From Promethearchaeota archaeon (lineage in GTDB: Archaea > Asgardarchaeota > Lokiarchaeia > Sigyniarchaeales > SOKP01): DNA of 64,000 nt. The stretch's first letter is position 1. Every line of letters begins with the position of its first letter. A program made the position numbers and the translations under genes. Location of the stretch: positions 129,183 through 193,182 of the forward strand of contig JAGXNO010000002.1 in NCBI GenBank assembly GCA_019894975.1. The letters run 5' to 3'. The notes beneath the pieces are model-generated. The model was not told the DNA's origin, made no database searches, and was given only the letters and a program-made list of their open reading frames with translations. Of the stretch, positions 47,941-57,953 are shown in pieces.

Positions 47941-47981
47941 TCTAAAATGTAACCAAAATTAATTAAAAAGGATACAATAAA

Positions 47982-49238
47982 ATGACAACTCCAGATTTAA
48001 ATACCAAAGAAACTGAATGGGATAAAACTAGGAATTTAAAGAAACGAGAATCTATCATTCGCGTTAAAGACCTCAAGACGTACTTTCCAATTTTAGGAGG
48101 ATTGTTTAAACGTAAAATTGGAGAGGTTAAAGCTGTTGATGGAGTTACTTTCAATCTTTATAAAAATGAGACATTAGGTCTAGTGGGAGAAAGTGGGTGT
48201 GGTAAAACTACAATCGGAAACACCGTTTTAAACCTCGTAAAAAATACAGCAGGGGAGATATATTATGGTAAGAGAAGAGTGGATTTACGTAGAATCGAAG
48301 GAATAACTGAAAGGATTTTACAAAAATATAAAGTAATAGTGCTTTATGCCATCCCTCTACTATATACAAAAAATGCTCGAAAGATTGAAAAAACAATCTC
48401 TAATACCCCTTCATTTATTAGACGCAAATTTGTTCAAATAAAAAACAAATTTCGACAACTTGAGAAAGATTTTCTAATAGATAAATTTTTAAGAAAAAAA
48501 ATGCAAATGGTATTTCAAGATCCTGATGCTTCCTTAAATCCCCGGTGGAAGGTTGTAAATATAATTGGTGAACCCTTGAGAATTCTAGAAGGTCTTAACA
48601 AAAGAAGAAAAATTAGGAGAAGAGTTTTAGAACTATTAGAAAGGGTTTCTATGAAGGCTGAACATTTAGATCGATATCCTCATGAATTTTCTGGGGGTCA
48701 GAAGCAAAGAATTGTTATTGCGAGGGCTTTAGCAAGCAATCCTGAAGTGATCATCCTGGATGAACCCACCTCCGCATTAGATGTATCGGTACAAGCCCAA
48801 ATTCTTAATCTATTAAAAGATCTCCAGAAAGATTTCGATCTATCATACTTATTTATCACCCACGATCTTAGCGTTGTACAGCATATTGCAGATAGAATTG
48901 CTGTAATGTATTTGGGAAGGTTTGTTGAAACTGGGACTATTAATGAGGTATTTTACAACCCTACACACCCTTATACAAGAGCATTGTTATCAGCAAGACC
49001 CACATTCGATCCAAGTTCAAAAACAAACCGAACTATCTTAGAGGGTGATGTCCCAAGCCCAATTAACCCTCCTGAGGGTTGTGCTTTTCACCCAAGATGC
49101 CCCGAAAAAGATAATCATATCGGATGTGGTTTAGAACATCCTCGAAAGATTCATCTGGGAGGAGACCACTATATGATTTGTCTTCCCTTCAAAGATGAAA
49201 CCAAGTCGTATGAAGGTATGAAATTTATCTCAGATTAA
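47982..49238 (+). CDS. dppF: Peptide ABC transporter ATPase DppF/OppF with basic insertion
   Basis: GESGCGKT, FSGGQKQR, LDEPTSALD, GCAFHPRC. Confidence 0.92.
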   Translation: MTTPDLNTKETEWDKTRNLKKRESIIRVKDLKTYFPILGGLFKRKIGEVKAVDGVTFNLYKNETLGLVGESGCGKTTIGNTVLNLVKNTAGEIYYGKRRVDLRRIEGITERILQKYKVIVLYAIPLLYTKNARKIEKTISNTPSFIRRKFVQIKNKFRQLEKDFLIDKFLRKKMQMVFQDPDASLNPRWKVVNIIGEPLRILEGLNKRRKIRRRVLELLERVSMKAEHLDRYPHEFSGGQKQRIVIARALASNPEVIILDEPTSALDVSVQAQILNLLKDLQKDFDLSYLFITHDLSVVQHIADRIAVMYLGRFVETGTINEVFYNPTHPYTRALLSARPTFDPSSKTNRTILEGDVPSPINPPEGCAFHPRCPEKDNHIGCGLEHPRKIHLGGDHYMICLPFKDETKSYEGMKFISD

Positions 49239-49345
49239 ATTAATTAATTTTTTTATCTATTTTTATTATTAATTTTCATCAGATAATTATATTTTCTAAT
49301 ATTAATTCTTATTAGAACACTAATTAATTAGAAATTATCTTTAAT

Positions 49346-50515
49346 ATGTCAAAAAACTCTCAAATTTATATAATAAAAACATCTCCAAAAACAATTTTAG
49401 AAGACTATCATAAATTATTACACCTTGCAGATTATCAACAACACATAAGTTCCTCTAGTAAAATAATTGTAAAATTAAATTTGAGTTGGTCGAAATTTTT
49501 TCCATCATGCTCTAGTCCTCCCTGGCAGCTTGAAGGTGTTCTCAAAACTTTGATTGATGATGGATATGATCCAAAGAAAATCTTTACTGCTGAGAATCGA
49601 ACAGTTGTAACAAACATCGAAAAGGGATTAAAAGGGAATAAATGGAATCCAATAATAAAAAAATATAATGTTTGGTTTGTACCACTAACACGTATCCCAT
49701 TTGTATCATATGAGTCTCTAAAACCTAAATTTTTAAAGCTTAAGGATAGACAACTGCATGCACTCGATTCAAAAATATTCCCTGAAGGATTTAAAATCCC
49801 GCAATTTTATGTAGGAAAACCAATAATCCATCTCCCTACAATGAAAACTCATGGTCATACTGGAGCAATGGGGGGTTCATTAAAAAAAACCTCTGAGGAA
49901 ATGAGGCACGGAGGTATTACCTGTGCTATGAAAAATGCTTTTGGAGGACTGTTAACAAAAAGAAGACATTTTTCACATCAATATATGTCTGAAGTTTTAG
50001 TAGATCTCTTAATTATCCAAAAACAAATCCATCCTCAAATTTTTTCGGTAGTTGACGGAACAGTTTGTGGTGATGGAGCAGGACCAAGAACAATGATCCC
50101 TCGTATCAAAAACTATATAATTGCTGGTTATGATCAAGTTGCTGTTGATGCGGTTGTGGCTCGAATGTTTGGTTTTCAGCCATTGGATCTTCCTGCGATT
50201 AAACTAGCTCATGATGAAGGTTTAGGATGTGGAGATTTTGATCAAATTGAAATAGTTGGGGAAGATATCTCTAATATCAATTGGAATTTTAGGGTAAAAC
50301 GTAGCATAGTAATTTGGGGAGATCAAATGGTAAGAAAAGGGCCATTACAATTTCTCTATCCTTTATTTCGAAATGAACTCTTCTTTTTAGGACCTACTTT
50401 TGCATCCATGATATTTCATGATATGATATGGTATCCGACAATAGGGAAGAAAAGGATTAATAAATTTTATGAAACAGAATGGGGAAAGAAATTCAAGGAA
50501 TATCCTGCAAAATAA
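49346..50515 (+). CDS. DUF362 domain protein
   Basis: VKLN, HLPTMKTH, TCAMKNAFGGL, VDGT..GDG.GP, DQVAVD. Confidence 0.82.
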   Translation: MSKNSQIYIIKTSPKTILEDYHKLLHLADYQQHISSSSKIIVKLNLSWSKFFPSCSSPPWQLEGVLKTLIDDGYDPKKIFTAENRTVVTNIEKGLKGNKWNPIIKKYNVWFVPLTRIPFVSYESLKPKFLKLKDRQLHALDSKIFPEGFKIPQFYVGKPIIHLPTMKTHGHTGAMGGSLKKTSEEMRHGGITCAMKNAFGGLLTKRRHFSHQYMSEVLVDLLIIQKQIHPQIFSVVDGTVCGDGAGPRTMIPRIKNYIIAGYDQVAVDAVVARMFGFQPLDLPAIKLAHDEGLGCGDFDQIEIVGEDISNINWNFRVKRSIVIWGDQMVRKGPLQFLYPLFRNELFFLGPTFASMIFHDMIWYPTIGKKRINKFYETEWGKKFKEYPAK

Positions 50516-50542
50516 AACCGAACTAAACTAATATTACTCCTT

Positions 50543-51349
50543 TTAATAATTTAAATCTTTTTCTTTAGTTGCATTCTTAATTAAGTTATTAAAATCAAGC
50601 TTCAAGCCTGAATCTTTTAATTTTAAGTTAATAAAGAATTCATTTGAATCCTCTTTCCCTAAAATTGGAGATTTGATGAGATGAATTGGAAAAAATTGGT
50701 TATTATTACACCATTGAATTAGATCTATGAGAATTTGATGAAGTCGAGGCGGATCTTGTTTCGATTTAAAATTAACCTTAACATCATTCTCATTCTCAAT
50801 TTCAAAAAATGGTTTTATCAATGCTATTATCTCTCCACTTTCCTTAATTACTGGTTTTACCTGTGGAAGAATTATTTTTAAAGAAGCGAATGTGATATCG
50901 ATAGTACATAAATCGACTTTTTCTTGAATATTTATTGAATTACGAGCGTCTATACCTAGCATAGGAACTACTCGTTCTTTGTTTTTTTCACATCTTAGTG
51001 AAGGATGTAACATATCAGTCGCATTATCTATAGCATACACTTTTTTGGCTCCGTGTTTTAAAAGACAATCTGTAAATCCCCCTACGGAAGCCCCTACATC
51101 CATACAAATTTTTCCATCAACTATTATTGAAAATTCTTTTAAAGCAGCTTCCAATTTTAATCCTCCTTTACCGACATAAGGAAAATCTTTTTCCAATTCA
51201 ACTTTAAGAGAATTTTCTACTTTCTTTCCTGGTTTTTGAATTATTTTTCCATCTACCTTTACAAAACCATTTATAATTAACCATTGAGCTTTAGTTCTGC
51301 TTTCAACTAACCTTCTTTCTACTAAAATAATATCAATTCTTTCCTTCAT
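50543..51349 (-). CDS. tlyA: TlyA-family rRNA 2'-O-methyltransferase (S4 + FtsJ domains)
   Basis: RIDIILV...SRTKAQ..I..G.V S4 domain, GGLKL, DVGASVGGFTDCLL, LIKP.FE, SPI.G...NEF. Confidence 0.85.
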   Translation of the reverse strand: MKERIDIILVERRLVESRTKAQWLIINGFVKVDGKIIQKPGKKVENSLKVELEKDFPYVGKGGLKLEAALKEFSIIVDGKICMDVGASVGGFTDCLLKHGAKKVYAIDNATDMLHPSLRCEKNKERVVPMLGIDARNSINIQEKVDLCTIDITFASLKIILPQVKPVIKESGEIIALIKPFFEIENENDVKVNFKSKQDPPRLHQILIDLIQWCNNNQFFPIHLIKSPILGKEDSNEFFINLKLKDSGLKLDFNNLIKNATKEKDLNY

Positions 51350-51362
51350 TAATTTTAATCCT

Positions 51363-52454
51363 CTATTTCTTGCTTCTTAATATTTCTTCAATTCTCATTG
51401 AGATTTTTAAACTCAGAATACTAATTTGAGCCTTGAGAGATGCTTTCTGTTCCCATTTTTTATATATAACTCGAAATACTAATCCTATAGAAAAAAAAGC
51501 ACCCACAGCCGCAAACCAAATGCTAACTAAATCCAGTTGATTTAGAAAAAGAAAGTATAGTACATTATGAGCTAAATAAATAGATAAGGAATAATAGGAA
51601 TAGTAAAATATCAATTTATAACTCTTTTTGGTTGCCATGAGACTAGTTCTTTCAATTAATAATAGAATAGACAGAATAACAATATCAATTCCTATAGAAT
51701 AAATTATCCAAGAAAGGCTCTTCCTTCTTAGAAATGTAGGATAGTTCAATATTATTCCAGAAATTATCAGAAATAATCCAATTATCAATAAATATATCAA
51801 TACTTTCTTTAAATTCTGACTATTTCTAACATTTATAGATTCATGGATTATATCCCCTATAACTGTTCCGATAAGGAAAAATGGGAAGAAAATAAGAATA
51901 GGATCTTGAGCAATGCCATTATAAAGGATATGAAATAATAATCCAAAAAAATTTGATTCTCCTTGATGAGGTAATAACGTTGAAAAAAGAAATAGATGTA
52001 AAGTAATAATTCCCACAGCAAATACAATCCTAACATATTTCAAAGTTTTTAATAATGGCCAGGCTATAAAGAGGGAAATTGCGGCTGTCAATAATACAAA
52101 CCATATCCAAATCATGGTTGGATCATTAAATACAATCGGTACAGGTATATTATAGATAATGGCTATTATGAAAATAAAAAAAGCACGAAAAAAATATGAA
52201 TTTCTCACTATTCGATAATTTAAACCGTCTGATTCTTCGATTTTACTGAGTCTTTTTCTATATGATAAAGTCACACTTACCCCAGATATGAATAAAAATC
52301 CTGAAGCACCAATTGGATCAATAATCATTATTGTAATTGAATACAGCCAACTATAATCAGATTTCAACCACCAATTGATAAGATGGTTTAAAACCATCCA
52401 AGCCATGCATAATCCTCGAAAAATATCAATACTTTTTAGTCTTTGAAATCTCAT
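51363..52454 (-). CDS. DUF1624/HGSNAT-like membrane acyltransferase, paralogue 2
   Basis: RLKSIDIFRG..M..M..NH, FLFISGVS, FP, SL.IYLAH; about 10 TMs. Confidence 0.72.
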   Translation of the reverse strand: MRFQRLKSIDIFRGLCMAWMVLNHLINWWLKSDYSWLYSITIMIIDPIGASGFLFISGVSVTLSYRKRLSKIEESDGLNYRIVRNSYFFRAFFIFIIAIIYNIPVPIVFNDPTMIWIWFVLLTAAISLFIAWPLLKTLKYVRIVFAVGIITLHLFLFSTLLPHQGESNFFGLLFHILYNGIAQDPILIFFPFFLIGTVIGDIIHESINVRNSQNLKKVLIYLLIIGLFLIISGIILNYPTFLRRKSLSWIIYSIGIDIVILSILLLIERTSLMATKKSYKLIFYYSYYSLSIYLAHNVLYFLFLNQLDLVSIWFAAVGAFFSIGLVFRVIYKKWEQKASLKAQISILSLKISMRIEEILRSKK

Positions 52455-52487
52455 TCTAAGTAAGTATCTTCCTTTTTATTATAGTTC

Positions 52488-53624
52488 TCAATCATCCTTT
52501 TTTAGGATCTTAATAAAATCCTTTTTTTCCTTCCTTGCAAATTTCACAGCTAATAGGCCTACTTGAACTTTCAATGAAAATTTGCGCTCTAGTTTATCAT
52601 AAATTAATCTTAAAAGTATACCATAAAGTATAACCGTTGCTATGATAAAAATCCATATATTATATCTTGTTAGCAAACCATAGAAAGGAAAGAAATTAAT
52701 ATTTTGTAAAAGAAATAGGGTAAGTGAATAATAAGAAAAATAGAATAGAAATTTATAGCTCTTTTTAGCCCCTATAATTTCAAATTCTTCAAAAATAAGA
52801 AAGATTAATAGAATGATTAAATCTAAACCTAATGAATAAATCAACCACCAAATATTTGTCTTTATCGTAAGAATTTTTTCAGAGAAGAGATCTGGAAATA
52901 AAAAGGAAATTCCGAGAGTGATAAGAATAACCCCACCCGATAATAAAGGGATAAAAATTTTTTTTCTAAAAGCTATTTTTCTTTCAATTTTATTTTCTAT
53001 TAATGAAAAATCATAAAGGATGTCTCCTATAACAGTTCCTATAAGAAAAAAAGTAAAGAAAGATAAAATGGGATTTTGATCTAATGAATTATAAAAGAAA
53101 TAGAAGATAATTCCCGGTATATTTGTTTTCCCCTCATACGGACGTAAGATAGCCAATATAATTAGATTAACAATCCAAATTAAACATCCACTAACAATTC
53201 TGACTAATTTTGATGTCCTAAGAAAGGGCCAAGCAAATATAAGGCACATTGCGACAGTTAATATAATAAACCATTTCCATATATTCAACGGATCAAAGAA
53301 TTCAATCGCAACAATGCAATTATATACCAAAGCAAGCCCCATTATTAACAATCCTCGAATTAAATATTCCTTTTTTACTGTTTCAGAACTATGTTCTTTG
53401 TGATTCTTAGCTCTTCCCATTCTTTTTCTATAAGAGATCATTGTACTCACTCCTGATATAAATACGAACCCAGCAGCACCTAATGCGGAAAAAAGGGATA
53501 CATAAACATAGAATAACCAATCATCGACAGGATGAGACCACCAATCAATCATGTGACCAACCATAATATAGACCATCCCTAGTCCTCGAAAAATATCAAC
53601 ACTTTTTATTCTTTTATTAAGCAT
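52488..53624 (-). CDS. DUF1624/HGSNAT-like membrane acyltransferase, paralogue 1
   Basis: RIKSVDIFRG..M..I..GH, FVFISGVS; clearly homologous to its neighbour. Confidence 0.72.
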   Translation of the reverse strand: MLNKRIKSVDIFRGLGMVYIMVGHMIDWWSHPVDDWLFYVYVSLFSALGAAGFVFISGVSTMISYRKRMGRAKNHKEHSSETVKKEYLIRGLLIMGLALVYNCIVAIEFFDPLNIWKWFIILTVAMCLIFAWPFLRTSKLVRIVSGCLIWIVNLIILAILRPYEGKTNIPGIIFYFFYNSLDQNPILSFFTFFLIGTVIGDILYDFSLIENKIERKIAFRKKIFIPLLSGGVILITLGISFLFPDLFSEKILTIKTNIWWLIYSLGLDLIILLIFLIFEEFEIIGAKKSYKFLFYFSYYSLTLFLLQNINFFPFYGLLTRYNIWIFIIATVILYGILLRLIYDKLERKFSLKVQVGLLAVKFARKEKKDFIKILKKDD

Positions 53625-53652
53625 CTCAATATATTACATTTCTTTTTATTAT

Positions 53653-54489
53653 TTAGTTAAAAATTTCAGAAGATTCACTTAAAGAAATTTCATTATTTAA
53701 TATTTTATCTATTATATCTTTCAATTTAATTTTTGAATCTTTTAAATCTCCATTAATTTTCTGCTCTTTACTGTTATTTGAATCTTGAAATCTAATCTGT
53801 CTGTATTTTACCAAATTATTTAATTGATTTACTTCTATCCCATCCCTCATAGCTAATATTAACGCGGAAAGCTCGTGTTTCGTTCTGAATTTTTTTTTAA
53901 TACCTTGAATTCTTATTTTTGATGATTTTGATTCATCTATTAAGAAGACCTTTAAATTTTCTCTATTTGGAAACAATTCTGTAATTTCTTGTATTAAGTC
54001 TAAAGATAACGGTAAAACTCCACTTCCAAATTTAAATATTATCTTTAGAAGGTTAGGATGATTAGTTTGAAAACAATTTACATAATCATTTATAACATTA
54101 GTAATCCCAATTTTATCAAAAAAAGTGTGAGAAACAAAATAATAATCATCTAAAAAAACGACTAAGCCAATTTTTTTCGAACCAGGATCTATAGAAAATA
54201 TCAATTTGGAATAATATTCCTTATATCCTATTCTATATGCAGCTATAATTTTATAGATATAGTGATTAAAATTATCTTGTTTATCATACGCCATAATCTT
54301 TAGTTTTTTATAATTAACCCTTAAGTTATGAGTATCCTCGATTGTTGTAAGAAGTAAGGAGTGAAGATCTGGGATCTTTGAAATCCCACTTAAAATTTTG
54401 AACTGAATATTTCTTCTATTTAGTTCTCTATTTAATCGGTAAAAAAAATTTAAATTCTCTGTATGCAGATATAAAATTTTATTTTTCAA
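53653..54489 (-). CDS. YqgF/RuvC-like RNase H-fold protein
   Basis: SIDPGSKKIGLVV, FGSG, LIDESKSS, HELSALILA. Confidence 0.55.
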   Translation of the reverse strand: MKNKILYLHTENLNFFYRLNRELNRRNIQFKILSGISKIPDLHSLLLTTIEDTHNLRVNYKKLKIMAYDKQDNFNHYIYKIIAAYRIGYKEYYSKLIFSIDPGSKKIGLVVFLDDYYFVSHTFFDKIGITNVINDYVNCFQTNHPNLLKIIFKFGSGVLPLSLDLIQEITELFPNRENLKVFLIDESKSSKIRIQGIKKKFRTKHELSALILAMRDGIEVNQLNNLVKYRQIRFQDSNNSKEQKINGDLKDSKIKLKDIIDKILNNEISLSESSEIFN

Positions 54490-54533
54490 ATTATAATTAT
54501 TAATATTAAGTAAAATTAATAATTTTTAATTAA

Positions 54534-55223
54534 ATGATATTTCCAATCCCAATTTTGAATGCATATTTTAAAAGGAACCCCTTTGGTAAAGGTATAGTTT
54601 CAGTATGGGGAGACTTTGGTGTTGGAAAAACAACTTTTGCACTTCAAACCTTATATAATACAAATAAAAAGGGAAGCGAATCAATTTATATTTTTACTAA
54701 ACCGACATTTCCTTATGAAAGAATTAATAGAATTATGCAAGAATCAAAGGAGGATCTAGATCATATTAGTTTTGTCAGACTTGAAAATTTTAATGATTTG
54801 CATAATTTAGTATTTAATTTAGAGTTCCTCATTCTAAAAAAGTCAAATACAAAAGAAAATTTGTATAAGCTCATTGTAATTGATTCATTGACAGACTTGT
54901 ATAGATTGGAATTGAATAGGGAAAAAAAGGATATGAACTATAATTTGAATTATCGTTTAAATCAAATTTTAGCAAATCTTTTCTATTTAAGTGAACACTA
55001 TGACATAGATATCTTGGTTATTAATGAAAAGGTCCAGATAAGAGAAAACGATCAAAATATAGAAATTCAGAGTGGAGGTAAAGTGATGGAGTATTGGGTA
55101 ACATTAGATATAAAAATTGAGCGCACAGAAGTCTTAAAAGAGAGAGAGATTATTTTAACAAATCATTCAAATGGTGATCATATAAATTTTCGATCCAATT
55201 TAACTGAAAATGGATTTCAATAA
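54534..55223 (+). CDS. RadB-like RecA-family ATPase
   Basis: GDFGVGKT Walker A, LIVIDSLTDLYRLE Walker B, VINE, GGKVMEYW. Confidence 0.72.
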   Translation: MIFPIPILNAYFKRNPFGKGIVSVWGDFGVGKTTFALQTLYNTNKKGSESIYIFTKPTFPYERINRIMQESKEDLDHISFVRLENFNDLHNLVFNLEFLILKKSNTKENLYKLIVIDSLTDLYRLELNREKKDMNYNLNYRLNQILANLFYLSEHYDIDILVINEKVQIRENDQNIEIQSGGKVMEYWVTLDIKIERTEVLKEREIILTNHSNGDHINFRSNLTENGFQ

Positions 55224-55267
55224 TAATAACAAAGATATGTGCGTTAATATATAAAATAAATAAAAGA

Positions 55268-56509
55268 ATGGAAAAGCAAATGAATCTGAATTTAACTACA
55301 ATCCAAGAAGCAGGATTAAAATTTTTAATTAATGCTGCTGATAAAAACTCAATTCCTTCAAAATCTATGGCAGTCTTCTATAACAAAAAGATGGAAATCA
55401 ATAGGGATATTACTAATTTAGCTATTATGGCTTATAACAGGAGTGTAAATCAAGACTCTCTAACAATAGTAGATCCCATGGCGGCCTCAGGAATAGGTTC
55501 CATAAGAATGTTAAAGGAATGTAATAATATCAAAAAGATATATATTAATGACATAAATCCGATAGCGGTTGATCTTATTCATAAAAATTTATCTTTAAAC
55601 GAATTAAATAGTCAGTCAGCCAAAATCGAAGTGTCAAGAAAAGACTCAAGTTATTTGTTTTCAGAAATTACACAGAATTCTTATAACCATTCTGATAATG
55701 ATCAAAAAAAACCCAACATTATTTCAATTGACCCCTTCGGCACTCCGAATTTATACTTAGATGCTGCTTTTAAAGCGATACAAAAGGTAAACGGATTATT
55801 ATGCATTACTGCAACTGATACAGCTGTTCTTTTTGGAGTAAGACCATTAAGCTGTATTCGAAAGTACATGGCCAAACCCTTGCATACAGAATATTGTAAA
55901 GAAATTGGTGCCCGAATTTTACTATACTTTATATCTAGAATTGCAAATATTAATAATATGGGAATTCTACCCCTTTTAACATTTTATAACTCACATTTTA
56001 TAAGAGTATTTTGTTTAACTTTCAAAAATCGAAATGAGATTACAAAATTCTTTAAAAATTACACATACTCAATACATTGTAATAATTGTGGATTTCGCTC
56101 AATTCTTCAAGGTGATTATTTTCAGCCAACCATAAATTGTCCTGCTTGTAAGCAAAATAACTGTATCGATTATGCGGGACCTCTCTGGGATAATGAAATT
56201 CATGATGCTGATTTTGTAAACGAAATGATTGAATTGAATAATCATCTTCATTATGACAATAAAAAAAGAATAGACAAGTTATTAAACCTCATTAAGGAAG
56301 AAATTAATAAACCTATTTTTTATTACAATATTCATAAATTAAGTAAAATTTTAAAAATTTCAAATATTCCAAAATTAGAAGAAATCATTTCTCATATCAA
56401 GAATAAAGGATATCAAATATCAAGGACTCATTTTGATTTCTTATCAGTTAAAACCAATATGGATAATATATCACTCAAAAATATGTTATTAGAATTAGGA
56501 AAAAATTAG
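55268..56509 (+). CDS. trm1: tRNA (guanine26-N2)-dimethyltransferase
   Basis: VFYN..M..NRD, AASGIG, NDIN, IDPFGTP, TATDTA.L.G, GPLW, RTHF. Confidence 0.93.
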   Translation: MEKQMNLNLTTIQEAGLKFLINAADKNSIPSKSMAVFYNKKMEINRDITNLAIMAYNRSVNQDSLTIVDPMAASGIGSIRMLKECNNIKKIYINDINPIAVDLIHKNLSLNELNSQSAKIEVSRKDSSYLFSEITQNSYNHSDNDQKKPNIISIDPFGTPNLYLDAAFKAIQKVNGLLCITATDTAVLFGVRPLSCIRKYMAKPLHTEYCKEIGARILLYFISRIANINNMGILPLLTFYNSHFIRVFCLTFKNRNEITKFFKNYTYSIHCNNCGFRSILQGDYFQPTINCPACKQNNCIDYAGPLWDNEIHDADFVNEMIELNNHLHYDNKKRIDKLLNLIKEEINKPIFYYNIHKLSKILKISNIPKLEEIISHIKNKGYQISRTHFDFLSVKTNMDNISLKNMLLELGKN

Positions 56510-56515
56510 ATTGAA

Positions 56516-57151
56516 TTGACAGACAATAAAGGAAACCATAAACTAGATCCCCATTATCAAAAAGCTAAAAGAGAGGGATATAGAGCAAGATCAGCTTACA
56601 AATTGTTAGATATCCAAAAAAGGTACAATATCTTCAAAAGAGCTTTTAAAATTTTAGACTTAGGATGTGCTCCTGGTTCTTGGCTTCAAGTCACTAAAAA
56701 ATTTGCTGAAGATAATATAATTAAATATAATGACCAATATTACCATAGAGATAATTATATAATTTTGGGCGTAGATATCAAGAACGTATCTCCTATTGAA
56801 AAAGTTGATATATTGAGAATGGATTTTACCGAACCCATTTTTCAAAATAAAATTACATCCTATTTTGATGGTAAAATAGATTTGATACTATCAGATGCTT
56901 CAGTAAATAAATCTGGTAATAAATTTACAGATCATTTGAAACAAATACATCTTTGTTACGCCATTCTTGAATTAGCAAAAATTCATTTGAAATATAAAGG
57001 TGTTTTAGTAATGAAAACATTTCAAGGATCTGATTATGACTCATTAATAAGAACCTTTAAACCAGAGTTTAGAATATTGAAAACATACAAACCAGCTTCA
57101 TCAAAAAAAAGGAGTAATGAAATCTATCTTGTCGGATTACAGAAAAAATAA
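56516..57151 (+). CDS. rlmE: 23S rRNA Um2552 methyltransferase RlmE/FtsJ
   Basis: AKREGYRARSAYKL, DLGCAPGSWLQV, LSDA, KTFQG, KPASS...SNEIY. Confidence 0.92.
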   Translation: MTDNKGNHKLDPHYQKAKREGYRARSAYKLLDIQKRYNIFKRAFKILDLGCAPGSWLQVTKKFAEDNIIKYNDQYYHRDNYIILGVDIKNVSPIEKVDILRMDFTEPIFQNKITSYFDGKIDLILSDASVNKSGNKFTDHLKQIHLCYAILELAKIHLKYKGVLVMKTFQGSDYDSLIRTFKPEFRILKTYKPASSKKRSNEIYLVGLQKK

Positions 57152-57763
57152 TTAAATATCTTGTAATCCTTTTTCTATTTCTCTAAAATTAATATTGTAT
57201 TCATTTCCCTTTGATGTAATCTCAATCCAATCTGTTAACCAGGGACAATTTAAAGGATTAAATTGATCCATATTTGTATCATTACATTTTCCTCGAAAAG
57301 GACAAATAAAACACGGCTGCCTAGAAAGCATATTCCATACAAAATCCTTTCGATCCATATCAATTTTAACACTTTTGACTTGAACATCTATTTCTTCAAT
57401 TGAATTAATGAGTTTTGTCCAAGATGCTTCAACTAATTCTCTTCTGATTTTAATTTTTGACTGTAGGGATAAAATATCTAATATTTCTTCTAAATCGTTA
57501 GATTCCGTATTGGTTAACTTTAAAAGATCATTGAAGTAAATCTCTTTTTCTCGATTAATAATATTTAATATATTTTTTTCGTTTTTGTGTAATGAACGTT
57601 TAAATTCTTTCTTCTTCTCTTCTATTCTTTCAATTCTCCTTTCAACATCAGATTTTTCATCTACAGGACCTTCAATTCTCTCTTTTATCTTGCATTTATG
57701 ACGTGACAGGTAAGCAAAACTCTTCCCGCAATAAGGACAAGTCTCTTTTTTCTTTTTAGCCAT
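57152..57763 (-). CDS. TFE-beta/RPC34-like protein (winged helix + Fe-S motif) with N-terminal zinc finger
   Basis: N-terminal CPYC-x9-H-x-C; central wHTH-like segment; C-terminal PCFICP..KC...NP.NCPWLTDW. Confidence 0.65.
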   Translation of the reverse strand: MAKKKKETCPYCGKSFAYLSRHKCKIKERIEGPVDEKSDVERRIERIEEKKKEFKRSLHKNEKNILNIINREKEIYFNDLLKLTNTESNDLEEILDILSLQSKIKIRRELVEASWTKLINSIEEIDVQVKSVKIDMDRKDFVWNMLSRQPCFICPFRGKCNDTNMDQFNPLNCPWLTDWIEITSKGNEYNINFREIEKGLQDI

Positions 57764-57953
57764 TTTTTTTAATGTTATAGTATTTTATAAAAATTTTAGA
57801 AAAAAAATTACATTTCAAGCTTTATGATTATAATTTTATGTTTATTTTTAAATTAATTTTTCGTTTTTTTCTTAAATTCTTAGAAGTAAAATAATTTTGT
57901 TTAATTAGTATTTACATACTATATTTAAACTTGAATAACCTTAATGAATATAA

